64,000 bases of DNA, taken from the IMG/VR virus record IMGVR_UViG_3300031578_000001. The stretch is one strand, 5' to 3'. Positions within the stretch are counted from its first letter, which is position 1. Every line of letters begins with the position of its first letter. This DNA is from a virus. Of this stretch, positions 61,137-64,000 are shown in pieces. The position numbers and the translations under genes are program-made. A model generated the notes under the pieces. It made no database searches, was not told the DNA's origin, and saw only the letters and a list, made by a program, of their open reading frames with translations.

Positions 61137-61579
61137 AGACGTTCTACAGCGCATTCGTCGACGATCTCGAGAAGATCGCGATTCCAGGAAAGCCGTTGGG
61201 GAGACTCATGGAGCGGGCCAGTGCTTCGGAGCCCAAAATCAAGTTTTTCAAATCGATAGGGAATCGTGAGAAAGTGATGGAGGGGATCGACGAAGCCGGC
61301 ACAGCGGCTGGGAAGAGATCGGAATTGGCATCTGGTTTCAGGTTAGCAAGAAAGTATCTCGGTCCGGCTACAGTAAGAAGCCGTCTTGCGCAAATCAGGG
61401 CCGAGGTAGGCGCCTCGCAGAAATACGGAAAAGCCAGGGCTGCCATGCCAATCTCGGTTTCAGAGAAAAGCGGTCTCTCGAAGAAGCATCAGGTCAAATC
61501 TGAATCAGCAGGCGTGTCAGCATTCAAAGACCAGAGCAAAAAGGAAATGGAGCGGAGCCTGAAGAAGGGCGAATTGTAG
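61133..61579 (+). CDS. 148-aa basic tagged protein
   Basis: MKTFYSAFVDDLEKIA. Confidence 0.8.
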   Translation: MKTFYSAFVDDLEKIAIPGKPLGRLMERASASEPKIKFFKSIGNREKVMEGIDEAGTAAGKRSELASGFRLARKYLGPATVRSRLAQIRAEVGASQKYGKARAAMPISVSEKSGLSKKHQVKSESAGVSAFKDQSKKEMERSLKKGEL

Positions 61580-61600
61580 GCGCGGGAACGGAGATAGATC

Positions 61601-63559
61601 TTGGCCCAGCCAGTGAATGATCCGAACAAGTCATATCCTGCGCCGAACTACAGGCGTCTCGGGCTTGACATCTATCCACATCCCTACTTCGACCCATCCA
61701 GCTGGTACATGCCCACCACCTTGAAAGAGATGTTCAGGTGGTGTCTCTTTCTTTATCTCACGAACTCGACCATCGGGCCTGTTGTTCGCAAGAAGGCCTC
61801 CTACATCCTTACCGACCTGGTCTACAGCACGACCAGCGAGAGAGTGAAGAGCGTTTGGAAGAACCTGCTCGAGACTACGCTGAAGCTCAAGGAGTTCGAG
61901 TTCGTCATGCTGATCGACTTCGAGGTGTTCGGTAACTCCTTCGCGTCGATCATCTATCCTTTCGATCGGTACCTCGTGTGCCCGCGCTGCGACTTCCAGA
62001 ACCCTATCAGGGCCATAAAATGGCAGTACGACGGGAACGGATTCATAGGCACCTGCAAGAATTGTAAGACTACGGCAACGATGAAGGTGCACGACAAGCC
62101 GGTACGGAACCGGAAGCGTATCAGACTTCATCGTTGGTTCCCGCAGTACATTGAGCCAAAAAGAAATCCGATTACGGGTCGCACGAAGTACCTGCTTCGT
62201 CTTCCTGGGTGGATGAAGGCCAAGGTTTCGAATCAGAAGATCAACAAGATCTACGTCGAGGATACTCCGATGGAGTTTCTCGATGCGATTAGGGATAACA
62301 AGATCATCGAGCTCGACATCGATAACATCTACCACATGAAGGCCGAGTCGGTGTCCATGGAAGAGGAGTCCTTCGGCGTTCCTCAGATCCTGAACGTGAT
62401 GAAGGACGCATGGCTCCATCAGACCTTCAAGAAGGCTCAAGAGGCCATCGCTCTCGAGCATGTCCTTCCTCTGACGCTCGTGTCGCCGATGCCAGCGCCC
62501 GGTACGCCGTCGCCCCACATGGGGACTGATCTGGCGACCTGGCGCGGGAAGATGCAGAACATCTTCTCCCAGTGGCGCCGCGATCCGAACGCGCTGTTCC
62601 CGGTACCATTCCCTGTCCAGATCTCGCAGGTCCGCGGAGACGCCCAGGCTCTCTCGGTCCACAACGATATCAATATGGTTCGCCAGCAGATCGCCGGCGG
62701 CCTGGACGTACCTCCGGATTTCCTCTACGGGAACCTGACCTGGAGCGGCGGCAACGTGACCCTGCGTGTGCTGGAGAACCTACTCATCAACCGTCTGTCG
62801 GGCGTGAACAACATGCTCAACGGATGGATCACTCCGAGAATGAGAAGGTTCCTGATCCTTCCTTTCTGCGAGATCCGCCACAAGGACTTCAAGATGGCGG
62901 ACGACATTCAGCAGAAGAACATCGCCCTCCAGCTTCGTGCGAGCAATAGCGTCTCGGACCAGACGGTCCTCGAAGAGCTCGGGTTCGACGTGTCCAAAGA
63001 GGAACGGATCAAGGAAAGAGAGATGGACAAGCGCCTGGCCGAAATGCGCAAGCAGCAGATCTCCCAGGCGAACACCGAGTCCGAGGTCAACATCATACGG
63101 GCGAAGAATCAAGTCGAGATCGCCCGGATTCAGCGTGTGGCGGCCGAGGAGGACATGGCGGCCCAGCAGGCGCAGGGTATGGCGCCGGGAATGCCCCAGG
63201 AAGCCCAGCAGGGCGCTCAGATGCCTCCAGGAGCGCAGCAGGCTTCCCAGCCCCTCCAGATCCCTCCAGGAGGGCCTCAGGGTAGTCCCATGAACGTCAT
63301 GCCGCCTGAGGCCGGGGGAAATGGCATGCAGCCGCGTCCTCCGAGTCCCATGGCCTTACAGCACATGGTCGAGATGTTCCTGAAGTCGACTCCGGTCCAT
63401 GAGAGGGATTATCAGCTGAACATCCTCTCCGAGACGGATCCCCTCCTGGCTAAGTCGATAAGAGATCAGTTGAAGGCCATGGATATGGGGCAACGTCATA
63501 TGATGGCGTTGCCGGAGCAGAAACCCCCGAGACGAGGTGCTGAGGTGGCGTCAATCTGA
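61601..63559 (+). CDS. Probable portal protein, 652 aa
   Basis: YPHPYFD...PTTLKEMFRWCLFLY...IGPVVRKKASY.LTDL, DFEVFGNSF, IYHMK, IAGGLDVPPDFLYG portal-like elements recalled from large uncultured myoviruses; TTG start with SD GGAG. Confidence 0.65.
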   Translation: MAQPVNDPNKSYPAPNYRRLGLDIYPHPYFDPSSWYMPTTLKEMFRWCLFLYLTNSTIGPVVRKKASYILTDLVYSTTSERVKSVWKNLLETTLKLKEFEFVMLIDFEVFGNSFASIIYPFDRYLVCPRCDFQNPIRAIKWQYDGNGFIGTCKNCKTTATMKVHDKPVRNRKRIRLHRWFPQYIEPKRNPITGRTKYLLRLPGWMKAKVSNQKINKIYVEDTPMEFLDAIRDNKIIELDIDNIYHMKAESVSMEEESFGVPQILNVMKDAWLHQTFKKAQEAIALEHVLPLTLVSPMPAPGTPSPHMGTDLATWRGKMQNIFSQWRRDPNALFPVPFPVQISQVRGDAQALSVHNDINMVRQQIAGGLDVPPDFLYGNLTWSGGNVTLRVLENLLINRLSGVNNMLNGWITPRMRRFLILPFCEIRHKDFKMADDIQQKNIALQLRASNSVSDQTVLEELGFDVSKEERIKEREMDKRLAEMRKQQISQANTESEVNIIRAKNQVEIARIQRVAAEEDMAAQQAQGMAPGMPQEAQQGAQMPPGAQQASQPLQIPPGGPQGSPMNVMPPEAGGNGMQPRPPSPMALQHMVEMFLKSTPVHERDYQLNILSETDPLLAKSIRDQLKAMDMGQRHMMALPEQKPPRRGAEVASI

Positions 63560-64000
63560 TGAGTAGACCATTTACAGACTACTTCAGAATTCCGAAAGAA
63601 GTCTTCGAGACTGGTATAGCCGACGCCAAGACCTTCAACGAGGCAATGGACTGGCTCGATGCCCTTTTCCACGAAGGCGGTATCTTCGGCGATCTTCACT
63701 GGAAAGGGCCGGTTACCAACTTTGTTGCGTTGCCTGCGGTTGGGAATGACGTGGGAGACACCAGGATCACGCTCGACACTTTAAGACTTTGGATCTGGAA
63801 TGGGTCGTCATGGCAGCCTCCCGTAGTGTCCGACAAGTTCGAGACTTACGCCTTCTCTCGAAGCGCTCCGATCTCGAACGCCTATCTACGCCTCGTAGAT
63901 GGAACGCCGTCGAACCTAACCGGCTACCCCATCTTCAAGAACTCGACGGTGAGGTTCATTTCGGTTGCCGTGAATGCGGCTTCGGTGTGCACCATCGAGA
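63559..64000 (+). CDS. Virion structural protein, truncated by the window end
   Basis: TGATG-coupled to portal; HWKGPV...LPAVGNDVGD.R...WIWNGSSW fibre-type motif; open to the end. Confidence 0.7.
   Translation, partial: MSRPFTDYFRIPKEVFETGIADAKTFNEAMDWLDALFHEGGIFGDLHWKGPVTNFVALPAVGNDVGDTRITLDTLRLWIWNGSSWQPPVVSDKFETYAFSRSAPISNAYLRLVDGTPSNLTGYPIFKNSTVRFISVAVNAASVCTIE

Noticed and set aside
1-64000. Genome-wide TGA reassignment (alternative genetic code)
   Set aside because: Many genes end in TGA with ATGA/TGATG coupling to the next start; only one in-frame TGA case was found.
1-64000. CRISPR array or diversity-generating retroelement
   Set aside because: No regularly spaced direct repeats, no reverse transcriptase, and no near-identical template/variable repeat pair seen; the repeated tag is conserved at protein level only.

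Overview
64 kb of a large tailed phage genome, most likely a jumbo myovirus with a bacterial host (GGAGG ribosome-binding sites; roughly 55-60% GC by eye). Plus-strand late blocks encode a gp25-like protein, a baseplate-J-like wedge and neighbouring baseplate proteins, several fibre/collar proteins, two very large Ig-like-domain proteins and, at the right end, a probable portal with adjacent head-assembly genes. These alternate with mostly minus-strand clusters of small early-type genes (7.9-9.8, 30.4-38.4 and 53.3-58.6 kb, plus a plus-strand cluster at 38.5-42.5 kb). Those clusters include a macrodomain, a NADAR, an RHH, an HTH, a stand-alone RNase Y-like KH domain, an HD/DUF5662-like protein and many Zn-ribbon proteins. 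I did not recognise a major capsid protein, sheath, intact terminase, polymerase, integrase, CRISPR array or canonical tRNA. Strongest unexplained signals: (1) 17 otherwise unrelated ORFs in five clusters share a short helical tag, (A/S)F(I/V/L)DE(L/I)xKI(A/S/G), that looks like a capsid-loading and protease-processing signal for swappable internal cargo; (2) an in-frame TGA at exactly the conserved Cys position of a tail-collar paralogue; (3) a 123-nt tRNA-like RNA with an oversized anticodon region; (4) a ~320-nt highly structured promoter-to-terminator unit; (5) two promoter classes, TTG-n3-N16-TATACT and GTCATAAGA, interlocked at strand-switch points. All family assignments are from motif recognition by eye; no database searches were run.
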